From the NCBI GenBank assembly GCA_017993335.1, contig JAGOMX010000003.1:790-64789 (forward strand): DNA of 64,000 nt, given 5' to 3'. Shown piece by piece: positions 11,220-19,863 of this stretch. The first letter of the stretch is position 1; every line of letters begins with the position of its first letter. This DNA is from Alphaproteobacteria bacterium (GTDB lineage Bacteria > Pseudomonadota > Alphaproteobacteria > JAGOMX01). The notes beneath the pieces are model-generated. The model was given only the letters and a program-made list of their open reading frames with translations, was not told the DNA's origin and did not search any database. A program made the position numbers and the translations under genes.

Positions 11220-11258
11220 GTAACATATAAAGTTACACATGTAAAGCCTTGTTTTACA
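11220..11258. promoter_or_regulatory. Two adjacent inverted repeats in the higBA leader (TGTAAC-N7-GTTACA and TGTAAA-N7-TTTACA); candidate HigA/HigBA operators
   Basis: Perfect 6-bp arms with identical 7-bp spacing, directly upstream of the higB start. Toxin-antitoxin operons are typically autoregulated through such palindromes. Confidence 0.4.
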
Positions 11259-11510
11259 CAGAAGATGATCTCCCAACCATGTAAATTTATTGTGGGGTGG
11301 TTTATTACCAATTTCAGTATGAATGGTTTTTCATTTCAGAACAATTTTTAGCATTTCGACTGTTGGCGAGAACGCAATTTACGTTTACACTGCAAGTGAG
11401 GTAATTTTTGTTTTTTGCCAACTTTACTTAAAGTCGTCGAAAAAATTAGTAGATTGACGTGGAATATATTTTAACATGATTATCAAGATCGAATATACGA
11501 GGAGCACGAA

Positions 11511-12347
11511 ATGACGTACACGGAAAACCAGGGGCCTTTTGTTATTGTATTGGGCAATGAGAAGGGGGGTACAGGTAAATCTACTGTATCTATGCATATT
11601 TTGGTGCATTTAATGCGCATGGGTTTTAGTGTAGGTAGTGTGGACGTGGATGCAAGACAAGGTACATTTACCCGATATTTGGAAAATAGAGAGGCTTACA
11701 GCAAAGCCCACAACATGAATTTGCTAATGCCTCAGCATGTGTCTCTCACCCGTAGCACGCTGGATAGCACCAAAGAAGCCGAAGCCGAAGAACGGGAAAA
11801 AATCCAAAAAGTATACCAGGATTTATCGCACCACGATTTTATCGTGATTGATACACCTGGTAATGATACGTATTTATCTAGGCTGGCGCATTCTTATGCC
11901 AACGTTATTATCACGCCTGTAAATGATAGTTTCATTGACCTGGACGTGTTGATGAAGATAAAGGATTTGGAGAAAAATATGATCTCCCCCAGCCATTATG
12001 CTGAAATGGTGTGGAACCAAAAGAAAGAGCGGTTGATTCGGGATAAGGTAACCATTGACTGGATTGTGGTGCGAAATCGCTTAAGTAATATTGCTTCCCG
12101 GAACAAGGAAGAAATGTGGCGTGTGTTGCAGCTTTTGTCCAAGCGCATTGGTTTTCGTTTGGGCGAGGGGTTTGCGGAACGAGTTATTTTCCGTGAACTC
12201 TTTCTGACGGGAATGACTCTATTGGATATGGAAGATACAGGACAGGCCTTGAAATTGTCCCATATTGCTGCACGCCAGGAATTGCGGAGTTTATTAAATA
12301 TGCTGAACCTGCCTCAACTGGAGGATAAGCTCAAGCTGGCCAGTTAG
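11511..12347 (+). CDS. mipZ: Division-site positioning ATPase MipZ (ParA/MinD superfamily)
   Basis: 278 aa. The deviant Walker A GNEKGGTGKST, then VDxDxRQxT...YLENR and DWIVVRNRL...LAARQELR, follows Caulobacter MipZ almost motif for motif. Good SD (GAGGAG) upstream. Confidence 0.85.
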   Translation: MTYTENQGPFVIVLGNEKGGTGKSTVSMHILVHLMRMGFSVGSVDVDARQGTFTRYLENREAYSKAHNMNLLMPQHVSLTRSTLDSTKEAEAEEREKIQKVYQDLSHHDFIVIDTPGNDTYLSRLAHSYANVIITPVNDSFIDLDVLMKIKDLEKNMISPSHYAEMVWNQKKERLIRDKVTIDWIVVRNRLSNIASRNKEEMWRVLQLLSKRIGFRLGEGFAERVIFRELFLTGMTLLDMEDTGQALKLSHIAARQELRSLLNMLNLPQLEDKLKLAS

Positions 12348-12770
12348 ATGATCTATATCCTTCTCTTACTTTTGATTGTGGTTTATATGTTTATGCGCTG
12401 GCTTGCTGGCGCGGATTCGGCAGCTTTAGCCTCGGCGGTAAAAATTGTTTTATGGACGGCTTTTATTGTGCTGATGTTTATGTTGATTCTCACGGGCAGG
12501 GCTGTTTCGCCTATATTCATACTTCTGATGGTTTTTGCCGGGGTTGCGATAAGAAAATATTTGAAAAAGCCAAGCGGGGATTCTGACCATATGACACGAG
12601 CAGAAGCCCTGAAAATTCTAGATTTGGGAGACTCTCCGACAAAGGCACAAATTATGGATGCGCACAAACGCCTGATGAAAAAAGTTCACCCGGATACGGG
12701 TGGATCTGTTTATTTAGCACAAAAACTTAACGCAGCCAGAGACATGCTAATAAGGGATAAAAATGAATAA
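12348..12770 (+). CDS. Small two-TM membrane protein with a C-terminal J-domain (DnaJ-like co-chaperone, DjlA-like topology)
   Basis: 140 aa with two hydrophobic helices followed by a J-domain (ILDLGDSPTKAQIMDAHKRLMKKVHPDTGGS). Its start abuts the mipZ stop. Confidence 0.65.
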   Translation: MIYILLLLLIVVYMFMRWLAGADSAALASAVKIVLWTAFIVLMFMLILTGRAVSPIFILLMVFAGVAIRKYLKKPSGDSDHMTRAEALKILDLGDSPTKAQIMDAHKRLMKKVHPDTGGSVYLAQKLNAARDMLIRDKNE

Positions 12771-13527
12771 AAAAGAAAAAATAATTGGCATTTTGGGGGG
12801 TATGGGGCCTGAAGCTGGTGTGATGATGCAGCGATACATTAATCAATCGGCCAAGGCTATATTGCATACCAAACATGATGCGGACTTTCCGGATGTATTA
12901 CATTTTTCCATGCCGAAACACTTACCCGATCGAACAAATTTTCTGATTGGTCTTGAGGCCGAGAATCCAGCGATAGAGGCCGCGAAACAAGCTCTGTTTT
13001 TGGCTCATATCGGACAGCAGTTAGGTAAGGACGTTATTGCTTGCGTGGCTTGTGATACATTTCATGCGAGCGCGATCTGGCAGCTTTTCTGCAAAAACAT
13101 TCAGGCGTGCGACAACTTAACTATGGTTCATATGGTGGATGAAACCATCCAAGAGTTGAAAGATTTTTTGGCTCCCCCAGCCAAGATCGCGATTTTTGGC
13201 ACTATTGGGGGGTTAAAAGAAAAAATCTACGAATCCAGATTGGTGCCTCTGGGCTATGAAATTACCCCCCTGACTTTTCATCAACAGCAAGATATTCATA
13301 AGGCTATTTATGATCCTCACAATGGCCTAAAGGCTCATTCCATGGCAACGGATTTTGCCATTAAGCTGGTGGAGAATGTGACCGCATCCTTAAAAGAACA
13401 AAACGTTCAAAAAATTATTTTAGGCTGTACAGAACTTAGCCTGATTATTTCCTCTACCCATGATGAATTATTTTTAGATCCGATGATGACGGTGGCCAAT
13501 AGGTTGGTTCATTTATATGCGGAATAG
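12763..13527 (+). CDS. Asp/Glu racemase family protein (aspartate racemase-like)
   Basis: 254 aa. The N-terminal GILGGMGPEAG and the second catalytic-cysteine region (ILGCTELS) are typical of aspartate racemases. Overlaps the upstream gene by 8 nt. Confidence 0.75.
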   Translation: MNKKEKIIGILGGMGPEAGVMMQRYINQSAKAILHTKHDADFPDVLHFSMPKHLPDRTNFLIGLEAENPAIEAAKQALFLAHIGQQLGKDVIACVACDTFHASAIWQLFCKNIQACDNLTMVHMVDETIQELKDFLAPPAKIAIFGTIGGLKEKIYESRLVPLGYEITPLTFHQQQDIHKAIYDPHNGLKAHSMATDFAIKLVENVTASLKEQNVQKIILGCTELSLIISSTHDELFLDPMMTVANRLVHLYAE

Positions 13528-13533
13528 TTTATG

Positions 13534-13570
13534 AAAAAAATCGCTCGGAACACGATTATGATCCGAGCGA
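13534..13570 (-). terminator. Rho-independent terminator for the RTX adhesin gene
   Basis: 9-bp stem tcgctcgga/tccgagcga with a 12-nt loop. It is preceded on the plus strand by A7, which is a U-tract on the minus strand, just downstream of the minus-strand stop. Confidence 0.5.
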
Positions 13571-13585
13571 CTATTTGAGGGTTGA

Positions 13586-15811
13586 TTAAGGCTGAGCGAC
13601 GAAAACATGCTCAATGACGCCTAGGTTGTTTTGTAGTAAGGCTATGCCAGTAGGTGTAAGTTGGTCTAGGCGTATCAGCGTTTCATATTCAAAAGAATAG
13701 TTGAGTCCGTTGATAAAAAGTTCTGTTGGACCCACTTCTATTCCGCTACTGCCCGAAACCTCTTGAGCACCAGGTGAGCTTGGGTTGCCTATAATACCAG
13801 CACTTGTCATTATTGCAGAAAAGACCTGGCCATCTGAGGTAGATCCGAAATTAAATGCGATCTCAGTTCCATAACGCATGCTAAAGAATAAATTGGTCTC
13901 CACATCATTTGGCATGTACCCGAATCCGAGCTCGATGTAAGTATTGCTAGCATCCCCACCTAAAAGAATGCTTTGCAAGAATGACACATCCCCTGGATTA
14001 AGCGTGCCGGTTAGGTTTTCAAAAACTGTCTGTACCATTATGTTATTTAAGTCGCTTATCGCCCTCGCATCGCTATAGGTTTTTGCATCTATTACATTTG
14101 TTACTACATCTGGTGCTGTGCCTTCGGATAAAAAGACATCGCTCAAACGACTTAACGGTGGAGGAACATCCGTGACCGTTAAGGTGAATGTATCCATGGC
14201 GGTTGCGCCGGCTCCATCTGTTACGATCACATCAATCGCATAAGGCGTATCGGCAGCAACCGTTGGGGCCGTTCCTGTAATCACGCCGGTAAAAGAATCG
14301 ATGCTCAACCAAGATGGAACCGAAGACCCCAGTGCATAAGTGAGTACATTACCGGTATCTATATCGGATGCAGCGACAGCAAAACTAATAGCTGTGCCCT
14401 CGTCATAGATTTTATCTGTAACGGCCGTAATAATCGGTGCGTCGTTCGTTCCAACCACGCGCAAAGTCAGGTCTCCTGTGCTTGAAGCGCCATATTCGTC
14501 CATTGCCATAATAGGTACTTGGAGTTCAAGTGTTTGTCCTGCAGCTAAGTAATTGTAGGATGGATGGCTCCGGTCAAAGCTAGCCGTGCCGTTGGGATTA
14601 ATGATCAATCCATCCGGTAAAGGACCCATAGGGGTATAGGTTAAGATAGCGCCATCATCTATATCACTAGCCATAAATGACAAATTAAATGCGAAGACAC
14701 CATCGCCTTCGATGAGTGGTGCAATGAGTGCACTTACGACCACTGGTGCATCGTTGGCGCCCATTATTTCAACTCTGATATTCGCGGTGCTCGTGGCTCC
14801 GTGTTCATCGGTTACCATATATTGGGTGGTAACAATCATCGTCTGACCTTGAGCCAAATGATCGTAAGCGGGGTTTGAAGAATCAAAGGTATAGGTGCCA
14901 TCCGCATGAATGACAATACCAGCTGCGGCTACGCCGACAGCGCTATAGGTGAGTACGGCTCCATCATCCGCATCGCTTGTGGCTGGGATTAGGGTTCCGT
15001 TGACAATGCCACCGCCTTCAAAAAACAATGTTGTGAATACGTTAAGAGCTTTTGGCGCATCGTTGGTGCCCACCAAAGTAATCGTTAAGGCTTTTGTGGC
15101 ATCAACCCCACCATTGCCATCGCTGACAGTAAAGGGAATCGTCAACACCAGGGTAGCGCCAGCGGCTAGATGGTTATAAGAGGTGTGTGTGGCATCAAAA
15201 GTATAGCTGCCATTAGGATTCAGAACAAAACCCGCCACAACTGAACTGGTGCTAAAGGTAAGCGTGTCGCCCACGTTGGGATCTACGGCGACCAACTGGC
15301 CAGAAATGGCTGCATCGCCTTCATTAATGTCGAGGGTAGCATTCACCGCGACAGGTGCCTGATTCACAGGACCCTCAATGACGATCTGAATGTTCTCGAT
15401 GTTCACAACGCGTAAATCTATATAGGAAACATAATCTTGAAAGTTAAAGACCGTCTTTTTATTCCAGGTGCTAAAGGCTGTTAGGGCGGCCTGTAAATCT
15501 GCAGCTTGTTGCGCAGTAACCACTAACCGGATTGTGTCGGAGCCTCTTTCCCCATCGTAAAAATCATAAGTGCAGTTATTAAGGTCTATGTTTTCTGTGA
15601 CTTTATGGATGAATATGTCATTGCCATTACCGCCAAGAATAATGTCATCTCCGCTGCCGCCGTCGATAGTATCACTACCATTGCCCGCAAGAATTAAATC
15701 GCTACCGCCACCACCATTAATGAGGTCATCACCATTGCCCGCTAAAATAATATCAGAGCCCGAACCACCCGTTAACGTATTATCACCATTACCACCAACC
15801 AATATTGCCAT
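13586..15811 (-). CDS. Large secreted RTX-type Ca-binding repeat protein with multiple cadherin-like/VCBS-type domains (putative adhesin)
   Basis: 741 aa. The N-terminus carries ~6 GGxGxDxUx nonapeptide repeats (GGSGSDIILAGNGDDLINGGGGSDLILAGNGSD...). These are followed by ≥5 ~100-aa repeats, each ending ...VxGTNDAP. Confidence 0.8.
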   Translation of the reverse strand: MAILVGGNGDNTLTGGSGSDIILAGNGDDLINGGGGSDLILAGNGSDTIDGGSGDDIILGGNGNDIFIHKVTENIDLNNCTYDFYDGERGSDTIRLVVTAQQAADLQAALTAFSTWNKKTVFNFQDYVSYIDLRVVNIENIQIVIEGPVNQAPVAVNATLDINEGDAAISGQLVAVDPNVGDTLTFSTSSVVAGFVLNPNGSYTFDATHTSYNHLAAGATLVLTIPFTVSDGNGGVDATKALTITLVGTNDAPKALNVFTTLFFEGGGIVNGTLIPATSDADDGAVLTYSAVGVAAAGIVIHADGTYTFDSSNPAYDHLAQGQTMIVTTQYMVTDEHGATSTANIRVEIMGANDAPVVVSALIAPLIEGDGVFAFNLSFMASDIDDGAILTYTPMGPLPDGLIINPNGTASFDRSHPSYNYLAAGQTLELQVPIMAMDEYGASSTGDLTLRVVGTNDAPIITAVTDKIYDEGTAISFAVAASDIDTGNVLTYALGSSVPSWLSIDSFTGVITGTAPTVAADTPYAIDVIVTDGAGATAMDTFTLTVTDVPPPLSRLSDVFLSEGTAPDVVTNVIDAKTYSDARAISDLNNIMVQTVFENLTGTLNPGDVSFLQSILLGGDASNTYIELGFGYMPNDVETNLFFSMRYGTEIAFNFGSTSDGQVFSAIMTSAGIIGNPSSPGAQEVSGSSGIEVGPTELFINGLNYSFEYETLIRLDQLTPTGIALLQNNLGVIEHVFVAQP

Positions 15812-15845
15812 GTAACACTCCCTAATAATGATTTACTCATTAATA

Positions 15846-15891
15846 TTGACAGAAATTAATTAATGTTTGGTTAATTTTGTCAAAAAATACT
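15846..15891. promoter_or_regulatory. Inverted repeat TTGACAgAAATTAA-N18-TTAATTTtGTCAA in the divergent promoter region between the adhesin gene and the SBP gene
   Basis: Read directly from the sequence. The 14-bp arms contain TTGACA boxes, so this is a candidate operator or overlapping -35 elements. Confidence 0.3.
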
Positions 15892-16077
15892 TCCTTAAAA
15901 AGTTTCTTCGACCCACTGTATTTGCATAAAAATTTATAATGAAAACAATGACTCCCTACGATTTCCTTGTGATTCAATTCTATTGATTTAAGATGGAAGA
16001 ATATTTCTTAAGGTTTGGTCCGTTGAGATGAGGTCATAAGAAGGTAACTTTTTGGATTTTTAAGCAGAAGGCGTAGA

Positions 16078-16959
16078 ATGAATCGTATTTTTCTTTCTCT
16101 AATGTTCTTGTTTTTGAGCTCATGTGGGTGGGCTCAATCTGAGGTCGCTCCGGCGCCAAGTCCTGAGGATAATCCAGTCGTCTTGCCGGGCAGTTTAACC
16201 TCGCCAGAGATTGAGGCGATTAAAAATGGCGGTGTGTTAAAAATAGCCGTGTTGCGGGAGAATTTACCCCCTTTCTTTTTTAGGAATAAAAAGGATGAAC
16301 TGGAAGGGATTGATATCAGTCTGGCCAAAACCCTTGCTTTAGAGTTAGGTGTGCGGCCGGTTTTTGTGGAGGTGGATAGTTTTGATGCGGTTGTGGAGGA
16401 AGTCTATCAAAAACGTGCGCATATCGGTTTGTCAAAGCTGAGTGTGACCACAAAACGAGCGGAAAAAATCCGATATGTGGGTGGGTATGTCACTTTATCT
16501 AAAGCTTTATTGGTCAATCGATTAGAGTTTAAAAAATTAAGGAATATGGGGGCCAATACACTGGAAGCGGCTTTTAAATTGCCAGGAGTAAAGATTGGGG
16601 TGATTGGGCGTAGCTCCTATGAAACATTTGCACGTATCCTTTTCCCGCTGGCCACGATTAAGAGATACAAAAAGTGGGATGAGCTTGTGGAGGCGACGCT
16701 GAATGGGGAAGTGGTTGCGGCTGTTCGGGATGAATGGGAAATTCGAAAGGCGCTAGATGAAAGGCCTGACTTGCCTCTATATGCAGAGGCTATATTCTTG
16801 AAAAATCAAAACGATCCTATAAAAATTGCTGTGGCATGGGATAGTCTTCAGTTGGGTAATTTTATTGATACTTTTATGTTGCTGAATGAGAAGTACAAAT
16901 TCGACGTCGATAAGCTTCTGAGTACCTATAAGCGGTACAATAAAAATGCAGAGAAATGA
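16078..16959 (+). CDS. Periplasmic solute-binding protein, family 3 (amino-acid-type SBP)
   Basis: 293 aa with a signal peptide and lipobox-like LSSCGW. The SBP_bac_3 fold pattern runs from LKIAVLRENLPPF to IGVIG. Confidence 0.7.
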   Translation: MNRIFLSLMFLFLSSCGWAQSEVAPAPSPEDNPVVLPGSLTSPEIEAIKNGGVLKIAVLRENLPPFFFRNKKDELEGIDISLAKTLALELGVRPVFVEVDSFDAVVEEVYQKRAHIGLSKLSVTTKRAEKIRYVGGYVTLSKALLVNRLEFKKLRNMGANTLEAAFKLPGVKIGVIGRSSYETFARILFPLATIKRYKKWDELVEATLNGEVVAAVRDEWEIRKALDERPDLPLYAEAIFLKNQNDPIKIAVAWDSLQLGNFIDTFMLLNEKYKFDVDKLLSTYKRYNKNAEK

Positions 16960-18281
16960 CATTGATCACAGCCATCCTTCGTAATAAATTTGCTTTTCTA
17001 GGTGGCGCTTTTCTTGGCACATTAATTGGCACGTTTTTCCCCGAAATAGGTCGAAATATGGGGTATGTTAGCGACATTCTGATTGATGTTATGAAGATGT
17101 GCGTTATGCCGATTATTTTAACGTCTATTACGATCAGCTCGGCGCATTTTACAACAGAAAAATCTGGCCAGGCAACGATGCCGATTATTTTGAGCGGATT
17201 TTGTGTTTTATTGATATGCAGTATGATGGGCATGATCGCAGCGGTCTTGTTTCAACCAGGATTTGCCTTGGATACCACGACGAGCCCTTTAATTAAAAAT
17301 GTAGTGGAGGCTTCGGCGCAAAGTACACGTGCAATTAATGAGTCTTTTGATAGCGATTTAACCAGCGGAACCTTGAATATTTTGCTGAGCCTTATACCTA
17401 ATAATATATATGCGGCCTTGGCAGAAAATCGTATTTTGCAGGTTATCAGCTTTGCCATCATTTTGGGCGTATCTTTAGGGCATCATGCAAAAGAAGATGC
17501 AAAAATTCTTGTGCTGATGCAGCAAACACTCGACATATTTTCAAAAATATTCTCTGTCATCGCGTTTATCTTTCCAATCATCATGGTCTGTATTTCCGCC
17601 AAGCATTCCGCGGAGCTGGGGAGTGATATGTTTATCACCATGGGGAAATTTATTCTGGAATTCTATGCGGCCACCACTTTCTTGTTTGTGGTTTTGAGCC
17701 TGATTATGTTTGTGCGCACGAAAACTTCTTTTTCTCAGTGGTATAATATCATCAAAGATCCCTTGATCGTAGCCATCGCCACGCAAAGTAGTGTGGCGTC
17801 TATTCCTACATCCATAAATGCCATGAAGCGATTTAATTACGACCCTAAATTTGTTCAGCTCATTATCCCTTTGGGGTCGCTCATAGGCCGTTATGGCGTT
17901 ATCCTCTATTTTGGCTTTTGTGCAATATTTGCAACGCAAATATATTCGTTAGAATTAAGCTGGAGTGATTATGTGTTGATCATGTTTGTTGCAGTGTTGG
18001 CGGGTGTGTCGACTTCTGGACAATCAAGTACGTTGGGTCTTTCGTCTCTGTCTTTAATTCTCACACCGCTGGGGATACCGTTTGAAAGCATTCAGCCGTT
18101 ACTGATTGCTGTGGATGCGTTTGTAGATCCAGCGAGAAGCTTTACAATTGTGCATACGAGTTGTGTGATTGTATCTTTGGTCGATCAACCAAGGGGTAAG
18201 CCTTTATCTTTAGAAGAAGTGTTTGCTGCGGAACAAGTCCCTATAAAAGCAAGTGGTGGAACGGTTAAGAATGTCGTCTGA
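16956..18281 (+). CDS. Dicarboxylate/amino acid:cation symporter (DAACS, GltP/DctA family)
   Basis: 441 aa with ~8 TM helices plus re-entrant loops. Conserved DAACS segments are present (IDVMKMCVMPIILTSI, QSSVASIPTS, DAFVDPARSFTIVHTS). Overlaps the SBP gene by 4 nt. Confidence 0.85.
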   Translation: MTLITAILRNKFAFLGGAFLGTLIGTFFPEIGRNMGYVSDILIDVMKMCVMPIILTSITISSAHFTTEKSGQATMPIILSGFCVLLICSMMGMIAAVLFQPGFALDTTTSPLIKNVVEASAQSTRAINESFDSDLTSGTLNILLSLIPNNIYAALAENRILQVISFAIILGVSLGHHAKEDAKILVLMQQTLDIFSKIFSVIAFIFPIIMVCISAKHSAELGSDMFITMGKFILEFYAATTFLFVVLSLIMFVRTKTSFSQWYNIIKDPLIVAIATQSSVASIPTSINAMKRFNYDPKFVQLIIPLGSLIGRYGVILYFGFCAIFATQIYSLELSWSDYVLIMFVAVLAGVSTSGQSSTLGLSSLSLILTPLGIPFESIQPLLIAVDAFVDPARSFTIVHTSCVIVSLVDQPRGKPLSLEEVFAAEQVPIKASGGTVKNVV

Positions 18282-18362
18282 GGAGGGGAGTCGGTACGGG
18301 GCGGTAAGCTCTGTCTTACGACAGCCGGATACCGCCCTGTGTACGAATTTATTGGATTTGTA

Positions 18363-18596
18363 TTACATTATGCCTAGCAGGCCCAAAAGAGCTTTTACGC
18401 CAGCTACGCCGACTAAAATGTAGACAACTTTAGCGACCACAGTCCCACCACCAAAGATTTTAGCAACCAAGTCTATGCCCAAAAGGCCAAAAAGTCCCCA
18501 GTTGATACCACCCACGATAAGTAGGATCATGAAAATTTTGTCTAACATCATACCAATGTCCATTATTTCACCTATATTTAATGTTAACAAATACAC
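18363..18596 (-). CDS. DUF378-family small membrane protein
   Basis: 77 aa with two TM helices; GGINWGLFGL...GGGTVVAKVVYILVG matches the DUF378 signature. Confidence 0.55.
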   Translation of the reverse strand: MYLLTLNIGEIMDIGMMLDKIFMILLIVGGINWGLFGLLGIDLVAKIFGGGTVVAKVVYILVGVAGVKALLGLLGIM

Positions 18597-18795
18597 ATTA
18601 TTGTGTATAAATTATATTAACACAAATTAATAAATATTACAATGTAATTTACAAATTGCAAATTTTTACTTAACGAATACTTTTGTTTATTTGCTTATGC
18701 AAAATTAGAATAGCGACTATTTCGTGAAAAAAATTGACAGTTTTCTTGACTCTATATACCCTTTGCCATGTTACGAGACCTATTGGAGAATTCAG

Positions 18796-19743
18796 ATGTT
18801 TAAACGTATTACAATGACGACGGGTGTTTTGGGGATGGCGGTGACTTTGACTGGTTGTCCAAGCCAGACGGATTCGGCCTATCAATCCTCTCACCATAGC
18901 TATTATTCTCATGTTCCCGGGTATGGGCAAAATAGCTATACAAACCACAGTCAGCATTATTCCCAAAATTATTACATGCTCAACCAGAATTTAGCCCATC
19001 AGCAAGAGCAAGAGCGTCAGTATATGAAACAACTGAAGCAAAATAAAAGAATGACAGCGGCACAGAGAAAAATTGCGGAAGACAACTTACGTATGACGCG
19101 CGTTCAATTAGAGGAGAGTCGTGTCCGTTTAGCTGCATTAGAAAACGAAAGACGTGCGCAAGAACAAGCGCAACGGAATCAGAATCAAGCGGCGCGTACC
19201 GCGCAGGTCAATCAAGATGCTCAATTGGCACGCCAGTTACAACAACAAGAAATTCAGGCTTATTATAGGCAGCCGCAACCAGTAGCCAATCCCCATCCTG
19301 CAGCTGCACCTAGTGCGCCGGCTATGCGGGATGTCATGCCTCAGGTACAAGAAAATCCATATCATCGCCCTCCGGCACCAGCGGCAAACCCGGTTCATAA
19401 TCAAGCGTCCGCACCGCCTATGCCTGCTGCACCGCAACCCAATCTGCAAGAAGTTCAGCAAAGGCAAGAAAGGTTGGAGCAAGAAAGACGCGCGCAGCAG
19501 GATTATCAAAGACGGCAAGAAGAGCAAGCCAGGCAACACCAGCAGCAGCTAGCTCAACGTCAGCAAGAGGCCGCAAGAATTGAACAAGAAAATCAAGCCA
19601 GAATGCAACAAGCCATTCAACAGAGCGTAGCTCAACCACAACCACAACCACAAGCAAATGCATTTGAGGCTGAGCTAAAAAAGAAAGTAAAAGAACGTAA
19701 TGAAAGACTAGGCCTCGAGACAGAGCCAGCCGACGTCGAGTAG
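18796..19743 (+). CDS. Gln/Arg/Ala-rich lipoprotein with a long coiled-coil/low-complexity region
   Basis: Start trimmed to MFKRITMTTGVLGMAVTLTGC (signal peptide plus lipobox). The rest is QQ/RR/AQ-rich with heptad-like EQERRAQQ repeats and a poly-Q stretch. No recognisable enzyme domain. Confidence 0.55.
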   Translation: MFKRITMTTGVLGMAVTLTGCPSQTDSAYQSSHHSYYSHVPGYGQNSYTNHSQHYSQNYYMLNQNLAHQQEQERQYMKQLKQNKRMTAAQRKIAEDNLRMTRVQLEESRVRLAALENERRAQEQAQRNQNQAARTAQVNQDAQLARQLQQQEIQAYYRQPQPVANPHPAAAPSAPAMRDVMPQVQENPYHRPPAPAANPVHNQASAPPMPAAPQPNLQEVQQRQERLEQERRAQQDYQRRQEEQARQHQQQLAQRQQEAARIEQENQARMQQAIQQSVAQPQPQPQANAFEAELKKKVKERNERLGLETEPADVE

Positions 19744-19758
19744 AGACTTAACTATTAA

Positions 19759-19794
19759 AAGCGGGAGGCTCGTATGAGCCTCCCGCTTTTTTTA
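19759..19794 (+). terminator. Rho-independent terminator
   Basis: Stem gcgggaggctc / gagcctcccgc with a 4-nt loop, followed by T7. It sits 15 nt after the stop codon. Confidence 0.75.
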
Positions 19795-19863
19795 GGTATG
19801 GCTCCATTAATACAAACTTAAACATATTTTGTTAGAGTTAAGACGTATTCACATGGAGTCAAG

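Noticed and set aside
18724-18795. Longer N-terminal extension (MKKIDSFLDSIYPLPCYETYWRIQ) of the Q-rich protein starting at a GTG
   Set aside because: The downstream ATG gives a canonical lipoprotein signal peptide (…LTGC). The extension would place a TTGACA promoter-like box inside the coding region.
19237-19663. ORFs antisense or offset to the Q/R-rich lipoprotein gene
   Set aside because: Low-complexity GC-rich repeats keep several frames open. Only the lipoprotein frame has a signal peptide and a terminator.
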